Positions 63,660-64,000 of a stretch of DNA of 64,000 bases are shown piece by piece (within the stretch, counting starts at the first letter, position 1; each line of letters starts with the position of its first letter). This DNA comes from Octopus sinensis. Taxonomy: Eukaryota. A model generated the notes under the pieces. It was given only the letters and a program-made list of their open reading frames with translations, was not told the origin of the DNA and made no database searches. A program made the position numbers and the translations under genes. The DNA lies in contig NC_043014.1 in the NCBI RefSeq assembly GCF_006345805.1, forward strand, positions 17,670,001 to 17,734,000, written 5' to 3'.

Positions 63660-63906
63660 TTAAACAAACCTTATTCAGGGACCTTTTGAGCGGGATGGGT
63701 TACTCGACCAGAAGAAAATTCTAACTGGGCCCCACCTGCAAGGTCATGTGCTGTTTATCTTGATATGGGATCACCATGTCATGCACATATGGTTGTGATG
63801 CATGTACCTGGTGTATCCTTATCAGACGGGTAGTCATGATGGGTATACTGGGCTTCGTATATTTTACCCCAGTGTCACTTTGATGGCATACACTGCTCTT
63901 TCACTC

Positions 63907-63956
<50 letters not shown>

Positions 63957-63972
63957 TGATAATAATAATAAT
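63660..63972 (+). mobile_element. non-LTR retroposon 3' end with (TAA)n tail
   Basis: Unique sequence ending ..CACTGCTCTTTCACTC followed by (AAT)n. Confidence 0.4.
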
Positions 63973-64000
63973 AGGGCTACAGCAAATATTCTGCTCAATA

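Overview
Repeat-dense, AT-rich animal genomic DNA. It is most likely Octopus or another cephalopod; this is an inference from the SINE families and (TA)n load, not from a database match. The only clear host gene segment is the terminal coding exon of a glutathione S-transferase omega (minus strand, 63102-63364). A probable LRR pseudogene relic lies near 39.7-43 kb. The rest is transposon-derived: mariners, pogo, Merlin/ISXO2, Helitrons, RTE, Penelope-like elements (PLEs) with minimal hammerhead ribozymes, several SINE families and one internally deleted LTR element. The most striking structure is at 16057-24794: three head-to-tail Tx1/L1-clade modules, two ORF1-only and one ORF1+ORF2. They share a 3' tail, and each is followed by the same ACATGGAGGAAA sequence. 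Together they split a fourth, related ORF1 exactly between two codons, which suggests a retroelement family that targets the ORF1 of its own relatives. The same 3' tail ends an abundant SINE in the window. Other notable items are foldback elements carrying outward-facing hammerheads, a twin-priming-like inverted PLE, an LTR element whose LTRs share U3 but differ in R/U5, and a 79-bp poly(A)-signal repeat seeded from the GST stop region. All alignments were done by eye, and coordinates of degenerate elements are approximate.
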